Of a DNA stretch of 64,000 nt, positions 40,895 to 52,793 are shown in pieces. The position numbers were made by a program, and so were the translations under genes. This DNA is from Camelus dromedarius (taxonomy: Eukaryota), in NCBI RefSeq assembly GCF_036321535.1, contig NC_087437.1:38690001-38754000 (forward strand). Reading direction: 5' to 3'. Below the pieces are notes generated by a model. The model saw only the letters and a program-made list of their open reading frames with translations. It made no database searches and was not told the DNA's origin. The first letter of the stretch is position 1. Every line of letters starts with the position of its first letter.

Positions 40895-41265
40895 TTTGCG
40901 CTCTTCGGCCCTTAGTAACTTAGTCGCACCTCAGATTACGTCGCGCTCCTGCTGTTGGAGGAGGCCGCGGCACGGATGCCATCGCCCTTTGACCCGGAAG
41001 CTGTGCTGCGCGCAGCCGCCGGAGGCGCCTTCTCACCCTCGTGTGCGTCCTCGGCGTGTACGTTCGCCCAGCATTGCCACAGCGGGTGCTGTTGCGAGGG
41101 CGCAGCTTCCGGGGAGCCTAGAGAGCAGTGTGGTGTTGAGACCAACATCTGGACGGTATCTGGGACTGAATCCAGTTGAGGCCTCTGTATATAAACTTTT
41201 AGGATTCTGGCGGCGGGTGCGAAATTCTACACATCTTGCGACAGCCCGAGACCTTGTATGTAAGT
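40895..41265. promoter_or_regulatory. Small CpG-island-like promoter/enhancer with no recognisable coding gene
   Basis: Sharp local CpG/GC enrichment in a CpG-depleted background. ETS motifs CCGGAAG (~40994) and CTTCCGG (~41106), palindrome GCTGCGCGCAGC (~41005), CRE-like TTACGTC (~40936), plus-strand donor AT|GTAAGT at 41260. Confidence 0.65.
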
Positions 41266-41314
41266 TTCCTTGCTTATGAAAACTGCCACTTACCAAGCTG
41301 GAGTGGCTTGCTTC

Positions 41315-41480
41315 TTTCTTTTCTTTCTTTCTTTTTTTTTTTTTTTCTTTATTTTTTTGTGGGGGTCAGATAATTAGGTTGGTTTGTTTGTTTATTGTTT
41401 GTTTATTTAATGGAACCCAGGAGCTCGCGCGTGCTAAGCACGCACGGTACCACTGAGCTATACCACCTTCCACCCCCGCC
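41315..41480 (-). mobile_element. Vic-1-type SINE with internal deletion and preserved CpGs
   Basis: Minus strand: GGTATAGCTCAGTGGTACCGTGCGTGCTTAGCACGCGCGAGCTCCTGGGTTC|CATTAAATAAAC...A-tail. Lacks the AATCCCCAGCACC segment present in the 11592 copy. Confidence 0.88.
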
Positions 41481-44400
41481 TCTTTCTTCCCTTTCTCCCT
41501 GCCCTCTGTGTCCAGGGGCCAGCTTCAGATTTCACTCTGGGGGCATTCCCAAAACTGGAAACCAACACCTACTTTTCTCTCAGGATTAGCAATCTTTCCC
41601 ATAGCTTTTGCCAGTTTGGAGATTTAAATGTATTGAACTACCCTCACTTAAGCACAAAGTTTGCATCAGGGTCACTATGTTTTCCGCCAGGTCTTGGAAA
41701 AGTTTCTAGTCTCGGATTTAATAGACTAGGCTGAATAGCACTTGTTAGTTAATTAGATCTGTTGTCCACGGTGTGAATAAAGAGCAGGACTGGCCACCTG
41801 AATCAACCACCACCTCCTACCCACCCAGCCCATGCCCAAAATAACAGAAGTGAGAGGCTGAACGAAGTAGTTGTGTTGCTTTGTGATTTCCTTCATTTGC
41901 ATTTTGCCCGATTAATAGTTCTGTACATACAGCATATTTTCCCATGTCTCTAAAGCTTTAGGAAGTACCTTAGTGAGTATCTGAATAAACTCTGCTTAGT
42001 TGGCTAGGTTTTTTTTTTTTAAGTTTAAAAGGAAAGGCCTTTTTTTATTAAACTTGTACATTTTACTTTCTTCTTTTCAGAACTCTAATAAAAACTTACG
42101 TTTCTGCTTACTTAAAAAAAAAAAAACAACAGAAAACAAACCAAGGAAACATCACTTTTGTGATGGGATAGGAGGCAATAAGATTTTTTTTTTTTCTAGT
42201 TGAAGAACGATTTTATTGCTTGAGTACACAGGCACATTTATGTAACCATGGCAGAGGCTGTGGATGGCTCGTATTTCCAGTTGTGGGGAAAAGTCATTTG
42301 GTCTTATAATATGGAGCCAGCCGGTGAATACAGCTCTCAGTCAGAATCATACCACATTTGGCATCTTTATCCTAGGTCTCCAGATGCCCTGGGATGCCTT
42401 GGAAGTGAGTGAATGGTGAAAGATTCAGCCAGACCTGTTTGTGTGGCCATGCCCTTCCACTGAGACTGTTTGCATAAATTTTTCCTTAGCTAAAGTAATC
42501 ATCTCATTTTCCCTCATATACTGTTGATTTTCCATAAGGCAAATTCATAAAAGTGAAACAGTCCTGATTATTTTAAAGGAAGGATGTGGATGGGACATTC
42601 AACTTGGATTATGACTCAGTCCTCTTTGGCCAGAACAACTGCTTAATTTATTCTTCTTCCTCCAACCGGAGTGTCTCAAATCACTGGAGACGAATTAATT
42701 CATACTGTTTTTTTTAGATCTGTGGATATTTCATATATTGAAATCTCTGATAAGACCTTGCTATCACCTAACAGCATCCAAAGGAAGAAGAGAATAAATT
42801 CAGGTTTAGTCTTCTGGCCTCCAAACTCAGAAAGAGTCCAGGGCTTCCGTGTCCTGTCTCTTTCTCAGTGAGTCTAAAGTATATCGAGAGAGAAACTTAA
42901 GAGTCGGGCTCATCAGATGGTCAGAGGAAGGTTTAGTGATCCCAGCCACAACATGAAGGTTTCTGCCATTGTTCCCATTTTACCAGTGGGCAAATGGAGG
43001 CACACAAAGATCAAGAAACGTGTCTTGACTTCAGAAAGCTAGAGAATGGAGCAGGCAGGGGTCAAATTCATATCAGTCTCCTTGCCTCATGGCAGGAAGA
43101 AACATAGGCACCTGGTTATATTCTTCCAGAGTGTGGTAACTGTGATTTTCTCACCATTAGTGCATCATGATAGCAAGATACCGAGTCATGACCAACACCA
43201 CCACAAAATAGAATAAAATAGGAGAAGCACGAGTTGTTCTTTGAAACTTTTGTTTCCTTTATGTAATGTAATCATACATTTTCATGCACACTGTTTTGTT
43301 TTATAAAATATATTTATTTCTTCCTGTGATCCTACTCGGAAATGAAACTAATTAAACTGCCAAGCTAGTCTCCTTTTGGGATTCTTTGTTATTCTATAAA
43401 AATCGGTTTATGGGTTGGGGAAACATTGTTTTGAGGCAAAGAAATTGCATTTTGAGTTTTTTTCCTCCAAGAGTAGAGATTAATAGAACTGTTGACTCAT
43501 GCAATTCTCCACTGGAATATTCGAAATTCCCCCATGTGAATCTGTGAAAGATAGCTATAGCTTAGTATTAGAGTATTTATAATTTACTTTAAAATACTGC
43601 AGCAGAGGCAATGTGGTGAGCTTATACATGTGGATGTGTGCATGTGTGTGGTGAGGAGGTTTGGTAACTTAGGACGTTAACGCTGGTGGTGCCCTAGCTA
43701 TGAACGCACGTCCCAGAGATGGTGGATCAGCCCTTGAAAGAATCTAATCCAGTGACTTCCAGCCCTGGTTGTTCATTAGACTCATCTGAGGCTTTTAAAA
43801 ATAATTTTATAGTTATATTTTACTTTTAAAATTACCATACAATAAGATGGGCCTTTTCTTTTGTTGCTATTGTGCAGTTCTATGAGTGCTAATACAGGTA
43901 CAGATTTGTATACAGCTCTCACAGTCAGAACACAGAAGAGTTTCACCACCTAAAAAACTCCCTTGTGTGTATTACATCCGTTTAGGATTGCGTCTCCCAG
44001 TCAATCTTGATTTGTTGAGCCGTTTTGAAAGAATACGAATGCCTAGGTTCTGCCCTTAGAGTTTCTGATCTGATTAGACTGGAGTTGGGGTTGGGGTCTC
44101 TTTGAAAAGTTTCTTTAGTGGCTCTCGTCTGCTTCCAGGGCTGAGAAATGAGTGCTCTCTCATCAGGGCCCACAATCTGGAGGCTGCTCTCACAAGAGCT
44201 TCTACTCGCTTCAGCTCACATCAGCACCATATGTTTTGTTAAATAGGATGGATATTAAAGACTTTTTTTTTTTTATTATTGTAGAAATGAACAGTGTTCA
44301 AAATATGCAGGTGAGCTGGAAGTTTTGCACAGGTACCTTCCCCTCCTACAAAAAGGCCTGGGCACCCGCTGAACCCAGCACCCATGGCAGAAGGTCATGG

Positions 44401-44699
44401 GCCTCGTGCGGGGAGACCATAAGGCACAGGATCTGACCAGATGGTGAGCTGAATCCTGTTCCTAGAATGTTACAGGATCTGCACAAGCAAATCCTTTATG
44501 CCTCATGCTTGTCTCAAGTACCTAAAAGGATAGGTACCTGGGACTTCACTGAGACCTCAGAAAAGTCTGATGTCTGTTTCTGCTTGCCTGTACGTATTTG
44601 CTTTGCAAATTTGGTCTGAGTCTTGCTTTCATTGTAGTTTACCATCTGGTAAAGAGGTGTTGGAGGAAAACATTACTCTTTCCACCTTCTAACTCACAA

Positions 44700-44870
44700 A
44701 GCAGTCGTTCTCAGTCTTTGTTGTACATGAGAAACACCTGGGGAAATTTTTAAATCCCGATGCCCAGACTACAGCCTGGGAAAGTTAATTCAGAGTCTCT
44801 GGAAGTGAGACCCCAGTATCATTACTTTAGAAATTCTCCTGGTGTGTAGCCAAGTCTGAGAACCACAATT
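44700..44870. mobile_element. MER5A-like hAT-Charlie MITE (similar copies at ~33585-33760, 43750-44150 and 55960-56150)
   Basis: gcagtcgttctcag...gaaacacctggggaaattt...tcagagtctctgg...tctgagaaccac. Confidence 0.7.
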
Positions 44871-45084
44871 TAGAGGCTGCTAATATCTGGCAAAAATAAT
44901 CTACTTATTTTGAGGAAATAAGTTGGCTTAAATTTATCCAGCTCATTAGGTTGAACTCCCTCCTGCCTCCCTAGCACATGTGGGCCTGGCTTCCAGCAGA
45001 GCTACTGGTTAGATGCTCAGGTCCACCATACAGCTGCACATCTTCACCCCTGGCCTCTCCACTCAGTCATAAACACCCTTAGAG

Positions 45085-45605
45085 GATGTGTTTATTATCT
45101 ACTGTTGTGTAACCAGTCACTCCAAAACCTAAAATAATAAGCATGTGTTATCTCATAGTTGTTTGTGCTTGGAATCTGGGAGTGACTTACCTGGGTAATT
45201 TTGGCTCAGGGTTTCTAAAGAGCTTGTTATCAAGTTGTAGTTTGAAGGCTTGACAGGGGCCAGAGGATCTACTCCAAACTCACATATGTGACTGTTGGCA
45301 GGAGGCCTTGGTTCTTCACTGGCTGTTGCCCAGAGGCCTCAATTTCTTGCCACATGGGTGTAGGTCTTGACATAATGCTGTTTGAATATCCTTTTGACAT
45401 GGTAGCTGGTTTCCAAGAGACAGTGTGGAGGAGGCTGCGTTGTCTTTTTGACCTAATTTCTGAGTCACACAACATCACCCTTTCCTAATTTTATTTGTTA
45501 GAGGCCAGTTATTAAGTCTAGCCCATGCTTAAGGAAAGAGAAACTGAGCTCTACCTCTTGAAGGGAAGACTATCAAAGATTTTGTGGCTAAATCTTAAAA
45601 CCACC
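45085..45605 (-). mobile_element. MLT1F/G-like MaLR LTR
   Basis: ttatctactgttgtgtaaccagtcactccaaaac...ggatctactccaaactcacat...ttaaaaccacc. Confidence 0.75.
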
Positions 45606-46214
45606 GCGCAAGATAATTGGATAGGGCTAAAAGAATATAAAAAGTGCTTGCATTGCCTGTATATTAAAAAAAAATTGTCTAATTCCACTGGGATGCATCA
45701 GCTTAACAGTAATCAGATACTTAGTGAATGCAAAAGACTCTCAGAGTTGAGATCGCAAATCTGATTGTGAATGTACTAATGGACAGCTGTGGCAATTGAT
45801 TCCCATTCCTTAAGTCTTCAAAAGGAGAAAGAACACATCAGACCAAAAGAAGACATGTCATCTTGCTCAAACCAGTTTTCCAATGAATCAGTTCTTTACA
45901 AGAGATATACTTTATAGGGAATGCCGTGCATGTGTTAACAGAGAAACAGAAATGACATTTAATTTCAAGCTCCACTGGAAACATACAGGAAATGGGGAGC
46001 ATAAGATCAGCCAAGATGGTAAAGGACAAAAGTATTTCATCTCCAATTACTTAAAATAGTGTACAAATGCAGCAGCTAAGAAGATGTTGAGTGCCCGCCA
46101 ACTTAACAGAGAAGGGATTAGAGGAAAGAACTAGAGAGCCTTGGTACCTGAAGATCTCAAGATGCTCTGTCTTCTGTTGAAATAATTGTCTTCACAGCAA
46201 GCATTTGGATCATA

Positions 46215-46440
46215 CAAACCAGGTGTCTACAGTGTGTAGGCTGCATCACCCTGCTCTCTGTTTATGTAAATGAAGTTTTATCAGAACACAGCCAGGCTCA
46301 CTCCTTTGCACTTTGTCCCTGGCTGTTTTCACAGAACAACAGCAGAGCTGAATAGTTTCAAGTGAGGCTCTATGGCCCACAGGGACCAGAAGATTTCCTA
46401 TTTTGCTCTTTAGGGGAGATGTTTGCCAGTCTTTGGTATA
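46215..46440. mobile_element. MER58A-like hAT-Charlie MITE (second copy at ~54513-54718)
   Basis: gtaaatgaagttttatcagaacacagcca...gcagagctgaatagtt...gtttgccagtc. Confidence 0.75.
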
Positions 46441-46684
46441 GACTAAAAATGGGGATATGGAAGTATTCTTAACTTCATGACAATACCCCCAAAGCTTTTA
46501 GGACAGATTCTCTGAGCCTAAAGACAGATCGAGGAGAAACAATGATGATCGAGAGATTGGCAAAAAGCATGCCATTGTTTATTAAAACTGGCTACATTTA
46601 GGGGACGATGATTAGAAGTTAATGAAGAGTACTTCCTCTCACCCTAATGCTGTTCCATCCCACAAATAAAAACATGGTGTCGGA

Positions 46685-47130
46685 GTAAGTCAGGATTCTT
46701 CAGGTTGTAAGTGACAGAAAAGAACCTTAAACTAGCTTGAGGGGAGAAGGGGAGGGAAATTTATTGGCAAATAAAATCAAAGGAAGTCACAACCTGGAAA
46801 TTTGAACACCATTCGCTTTATGACTCTGTCTCTTTCCCTTTCCTGCCTTCCCTCTGCTCCCCTACCCACACTCCAATCTTGTCCCTCTTTCTGTGTTGGC
46901 TTCATTTCTTCTGCTGCAACTGAGTTTTCTCCATGTCATGAGGAGTATGACTCCTGGAAGCTCCAAATATACGGATTCCTGTCATCACCAGAGCAGTCAG
47001 AGAGCATTTCTTTTATCTAGCCTCACTATAGAAATCCCAGAAGATCAAGTACCCTTTCTGGTTGGGGGCCCACTCCAGTGGCTGCAGGGTTAGGCCTTTC
47101 TACAGATGAAGAGCAGGAGAGGAAATGGTG
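46685..47130 (-). mobile_element. MLT1J/K-like MaLR LTR
   Basis: agtcaggattcttcaggttgtaagtgacagaaa...aactagcttga...tttattggc. Confidence 0.6.
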
Positions 47131-48099
47131 TGCAGGCAAAAGGACAACCAGGGATGAACACGTAGCCTACTCCATCATACCAGCTGGCCCTCCCACAAGA
47201 GCTGGTCACAGGACCCAAGGAAATCCCAAGAGGATATTGCATATACTCACTGGCTTAGGCTTGGCTCTTGTAAATCGTAATTATTTAATATATTCTGATT
47301 TGAAAACCTCTCTCAGTTTCACGACTCCATTCACCTGTTTCTCAATAAATTCTTTATTCTTCATGCTGCAATTGATGCTTCTTAGAAGACAGACATACAA
47401 TGACAATTGACTCTGTCTTTTTTTAGGTCAAATAACTTCAGTTGTTTCCTCCTCAAAACCCTATGGCTGAGACTTCACTTATTTATTTATTTTTTTACTC
47501 CTATATTTGTTTTTGCAAAATTTAAAGTACTCCTTCTTTATATGTGAAACTCAAAATGTGACACTAGATAATGATCCATACAACCCTGGCTGTATTTGTA
47601 GTTAACGTTGGAATCAGATTCACCCGGGAAGAAATTCTAGCTCTGCCACTTATTTGTTGCATGACCTTGAAATCATCAATATTCTTGTTTTACAGATGAG
47701 GACAAGAAGATTTTATTTAGTAAATATTTATTGAAGGTATCAGTGCTTGGGATTCAGCAATGAACAAGAGAAATAAGCTCTCCACCCTCCCAGGACATGA
47801 ATGTGAAGGAGAGTCTAGACAAGTTTACAGGCTGTTGCCATCCATGGTGGGAAGCACTGTGAAGTGACGTACAGGATTCGACAGGGGGACATAGAAGAGA
47901 CATACACCCTAGACTGGGGAGGAGGGTGAGTAAGAGGTGGACCCTCCCAGAAGAATTGGTATTAAGGTGAGACCAAGAACAATGAGCTGGGTAAAGGAGA
48001 GGAGAGCAAATAGGGATTGAACTGTGTTTTGAGGGAGAGTAGGTAGAAAATTTATTGTGATGCAAGCGAGCATGATGATTTAAAGGAACTGAACGTTAG

Positions 48100-49075
48100 T
48101 CCAGTCTTAGTCAGGAATCTTCAGGTGGCAAGTGACAGAAATCCATTTCCAACTAGCTCAATTGGAAAAGTAGAATTTATTGGCTCATTAATCAACCTGT
48201 GGGTAGACTTGACTGGCATCAGGGATGGCAAGATATAGGGGCTAGAAAAAATGCCACAGCTCTCTTCATCTCTACCTCTGCATTTTGCTTGTCTTCATGG
48301 GCTAGGTTTGTTCTCTACTTCTGAAGACTATTTTCTCCACACAACTGAGAAAACAGACACCAGCTGTCCTGAAATTACAACACAGTAGCTTTGCTATTGG
48401 AAAGGAAAGAAAGAGGTGCTATCTTCCATTGGCTCCAGCATGCAAAAATGTCAATAATTGTGCAGGGGCTGGAATTTCATCCACCTTACAGGCTAAGAAG
48501 TTAGCCTGCCACAGTTATATGGATGCTGGTAGAAGACTCCAGACTGCTGGCTCAAAGACAAATATTCCTCATGGCACAGCAGGCAAGGTGAGCTGCATCA
48601 GTCCCCCTTCGATCCCCTAGTATCTTGGGGACGATGTGGAGCATCCCAAATGGATGTTGCACACACAGTGGGCTGGTGTCACAGCTAAGGATCTCTGATC
48701 CGAGGAAACTTTCCATCTTATAAAGGGACTGCTAGCAAACCTGCCCAGATTCCACCCTGCAGGGAGACAGTATCTTCATTGTTCTAGTCAGGGAACAAAC
48801 ATGCCCTCTGACCCAGAAGGAGATACTGTCTCTAGCATCTAGCTGTTTGATAGGCAAATATCCTTGACAAGATAGTCTAGGATAAAAGCTGTCACAAGAT
48901 GTGTAGAAACAACATGGAGAATTGCCCTCCAACAAAAAAACCCAGGGAAGGAATTGATTTGGTGTGTCTTGAGTCATGTGCCTGTCTTGGAACAAGCACT
49001 TTGTCCTGAGATATGGGGTAGTATTATTGGCTCTGGTCAGATCAACTTCCCACCCAAGGACAGGAGTCAAGGTCG
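48100..49075 (-). mobile_element. MLT1J/K-like LTR with nested LTR40 (48459-48934)
   Basis: ttagtcaggaatcttcaggtggcaagtgacagaaa... is interrupted by LTR40 text aagttagcctgccacagtt...catggagaattgccctccaaca, then resumes with gattt..ttgagtcatgtgcc. Confidence 0.72.
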
Positions 49076-49149
49076 GTTACTGAGACATTAGTGCTTGACA
49101 AAGATGAGTCACACTTATTATGATTCAGCATTAGAGTGTAAAATTGTAA

Positions 49150-49780
49150 GGCTGAAAAGTTAAGATGGGTTATAAAGAATGATGTAGGTCATGTTAAGGA
49201 GTTTGGAATTTTTCTGATGTGCAGTAGTGATTTATTAAATAATACTATAATGGGGGGTAGTGTTAGTGTCATCTTTAGAAAGGTTTTAGGAATTGGTAGG
49301 AGAGGGTACTATTACAATAGTCCAGGTAAAAGATAACAAGGGCCTGAACCAGGACAGCAGGGTTGGAAAGAAATGGGCAAATATAAAGAGATTTTGGGAG
49401 CATCTATAGGGAGAGAAGAAAGAGTCAAGGACAAACTTTGTTTCTGTTTTGGGAAACTTAGTGAATTGAGACTCATAACCTAGAGAGACAAGTAGGCTTT
49501 AGGAAGGAAAGAAGGCAAATTCGGCTTTGAAAATGATAACTTTGAGGTAGGATGGCTCATAGAAAGCTAGGTCGAGGGGATGGATTGGGAGAGCAGTCTA
49601 AGGTGTGAGAGAGAAGAGGACTCGAGAGAAAAGGCTCCCAGACAGAAGTTGAAGAACACTAGTATTCTGGAGGCAGACATAGGAAAAGAAACCTGCAAAA
49701 AGAGGTTGGGAAAGAGTAACCAGAATGATAAGAAGGAAGCTAGGAACAGATAGTACAAGAGAAGCCAAGGTAAATCAAGA
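49150..49780 (-). mobile_element. L2 fragment (continues 47720-48100)
   Basis: Purine-rich antisense L2 text (gtaggtcatgttaaggagtttggaatt...ctattacaatagtccagg...agagtcaagga). Confidence 0.7.
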
Positions 49781-50699
49781 GTAGAAATAGACCTTATTTT
49801 TTTTTAATGGCTGTTCAACGTGCCATTGTATCATGTACCACAATGTAATGAGAACCAGAAAGAAAACAAAGAACTCAAAGCAGTTAAACTACATCAGATG
49901 CTCCAGGAGAACAAAATTGTTCCGTTGTAAGAAGGGAATTCCATCACCCTTAACGGGTGGGTCCTTTTCACACACTCCACACACTGTGAAGCCCTTCAGT
50001 CAGTGTCAGTCATTTTCCTTTAGCCCAGTGCATCGCTGTGACTTCCACGTGGCTCAGATTATACTCTTACTCCTAGATCTTTTTCAGTTCCTCTTACGAA
50101 TATCCAGTCATTACATGTGTACTAATAGAGCTTTTTTGTGCTCCACTCTACTTGTCCCTAATAAACATGCCCCCCTTTCCCCCTTCTGATTATGTCACTG
50201 GTACCAAATCCTTTGACTTACGGGTTACACCAAAAGTCACAGATTAATTGGCAAGATGAATACAAGTGACATTTTATTTCTGCTCATCTCATCAATGTAG
50301 ATCAGCTCTGGCTGATCAGTTCTCCAAACATTAGCTGAAATGGCCCTACAACTTATAGGATGGTTTGTGACTGTTGTATTCGCTTTCTGGGAAAGATTTA
50401 ATAGTGTTTTGTTTATTTTGTATGTGTGCACACATGACACTCTTACCTCTCTCTTTCCTTCCCCCAGAACTAGCTCAAATAAAATAAAAAGTCTTAGCTC
50501 TTTCTTTAGAAAAGGGGAAAGAAACTCACGTGCCAGTCCAAGTAGAGAAAGAGATAAGGAAAATAAGAACAGACTGGGAACAGCATTTTATAATTTCATT
50601 AATACACACTGGTGCCTCTTGAAATTTTTCCTTTTTTGAAAAAGAACTGAAAATGGTATAAGATCAGAAACTAATAAGGAATCACATACTTTAAAAGAT

Positions 50700-52256
50700 T
50701 TACCACTTGCTTTTTATAGCTTTATTGATTATTACTAAGTTTCAATATGTTTCAAATAATTAAATACTGCAACTGAGACATTAAAAATACAAACTAATTT
50801 ACCAAAATAATTGTATTCTGAATATTATATACAATATTATACATTTTACATTACATAAAGGGTTTTTATACATAAAGGTAAGATTTGATTTATGACTACT
50901 GAAAATCCAAAATACATTTGAATAAATTTTTATGTATACATACACAATCTCAGCTGGGATAATCAAAATCATATATGAGTGTGGTTACTAAAAAAAATTA
51001 CATTCTTACAACAATGGTAGAAATTGAAATGCTTTTATTAATTTGAGAGTATTATTATGAAACCACACATATATGAATGATATAACCTAATTCCATATAT
51101 TTAAAAATCTTTATGCTTGAGGCTGAAATTCATCTCTATCCCAAGGGAAATTTATGATTTTTAATTTCTTGACTGTAAGGGATTTTTATAATTCATAATC
51201 ATGAAAGTCTCTATTCTTGGGCATAATGCAGACCCAGTCCCCTCAAATAGAAAGGTCATGAGGGTCAACCACATCCCATGTGTATTTCACCATAGTTTTC
51301 AAAAAAGATCCTACTCAGTTGTACAATTTAGTATGTCTCCATATTCATGCGTATCATCCGTGATTATATACCGAGGCACAGAGCTGACAGGGGAGGTATG
51401 TATTACTGTAGAGAACTAGATACTAATGGATACTGGGTGACTTCAGGAAGAAAAGGAGGGGTGCTCACATGGAAAACACTGCCCAGACACACTAAATTAA
51501 TTACTAAACAAGGTGTCAGTCCTTCAGAAAGGTTAATAATACACTCATGTGTCATACCTTATTTGAATACTGAAATATCCAAGTCCAGAAAACTTGTCAA
51601 GTGAGTTTTAGTGCTATCTCACTTTTAAATTTAATAAGAGCTGTGATTTTAAGTAAAGCCAAACATTTTTCCTAACTGATCTGAAAAGCTTGAAAAACAA
51701 CATCTTTATAACAAAAATGTCTTTCCAACTGTATGTCACTCTGTCCATGGATCTTACCCCAGAGATACACAGACTGGTGAAAATTCTATCAGAACTACAC
51801 ACAAGAACCTTGGAAAGACAGCAGTTAGTAAACTGGCCATTCTCCTTAAGGTTTTGCACAGCATTTTTTAGTATTCCCTATTTTGAAATCCTGCATTTTA
51901 TCAAAGGCAAACAAAACACTTGGAAACTGGAAGACAGAAAAGTAGCAAGTTGAAACATATACAAAAAATCAGTGTCCTTTTCAACATCCCATAATCTATG
52001 AAAAATGAGATTCAGAGCCTGTCTGCTTTATTGTTTTTCTTACTCGTTCATGTTTTGCTTGAATATAAAAAGAAGCTCTAAACTAGGTTATCAAAATATA
52101 TTCATATAAATGTATGAGCATTTCTAATACAAAAGTTAAAAAAAGTCTAAATTCTTAATTTTTGTAATTAAATATCCTAGAGTTCAGTAGGCAGAGTTAT
52201 GTCTGAGCAGCTTGAAAAGGCCGTGTGGGCTGAGCGCCGCCCGAGGCGCCGCACGG
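50700..52256 (-). other. GOLIM4: GOLIM4 3' UTR (3' end approximate)
   Basis: Repeat-free AU-rich sequence after the stop codon. Minus-strand AATAAA at 52027-52032, 51034-51039 and 50721-50726; the last is followed by U/GU-rich sequence. Confidence 0.7.
50721..50726 (-). terminator. Probable distal polyadenylation signal (AATAAA) of GOLIM4
   Basis: Plus-strand tttatt. Downstream on minus: TCTTTTAAAGTATGTGATTCCTTATTAGTTTCTG..TTTTCAGTTCTTTTTC. Confidence 0.55.
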
Positions 52257-52409
52257 CTACATTTCCGCTCTGCGCTGTGACTTCTCAGCAGCTGGAGCCC
52301 CGTCCTCCTCCTCTTCTTCCTCCTCCTCCTCGTAGTGCTCCTCCCGGCCTTGGGGGCGGTTGTCCTCTCGAACCTCTTGCTCTTCTCCATCATTGTTTTT
52401 CTCATTGGC
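52257..52409 (-). CDS. GOLIM4: GOLIM4 terminal coding exon ANEKNNDGEEQEVREDNRPQGREEHYEEEEEEEEEDGAPAAEKSQRRAEM*
   Basis: Acceptor ttttctctttt..ctttaAG|GCC. 50 codons then TAG at 52257-52259. The C-terminus ...RRAEM* is that of GOLIM4. Confidence 0.97.
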   Translation of the reverse strand, partial: ANEKNNDGEEQEVREDNRPQGREEHYEEEEEEEEEDGAPAAEKSQRRAEM

Positions 52410-52712
52410 CTTAAAGTTAAAAGAGAAAAGAAAACTAAGAGATGGGGCATAGAGTTAGTGATATAAATGATTCCCTGTTTAAAAAGTGTGAAGTTATTCA
52501 TTTTCGGAGAAAGGAAACAAGTGAAGAAAAATGTTCCAATAGGCAACGATGCAATGGTCTTTTCTAATCTTCACACTATCACAAAGTCTTCTAATTCTCA
52601 GCTGGCCTATTAAAACTCTGTGGCATCTTCGATGTACCCAACTATTTGTATGTATCTGCTACACACACACACACGCACACACGCACGACAGAAATATATA
52701 TCCCACACATAC

Positions 52713-52793
52713 ATTTTCATCATTTTCACCATAGGTCTCTTCAGCATTATGCTCCAATTCCCTTTTTTTCTCTTCGGTCAAATCTTCCTGAAC
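52713..52793 (-). CDS. GOLIM4: GOLIM4 penultimate exon VQEDLTEEKKRELEHNAEETYGENDEN
   Basis: 81 nt (27 codons). Acceptor ttgtttcAG|GTT, donor AAT|GTATGT. Matches the GOLIM4 peptide. Confidence 0.97.

Noticed and set aside
40896..41296. Overlapping ORFs in the CpG island
   Set aside because: Expected in GC-rich, stop-poor DNA; mostly non-ATG starts; no recognisable domain.
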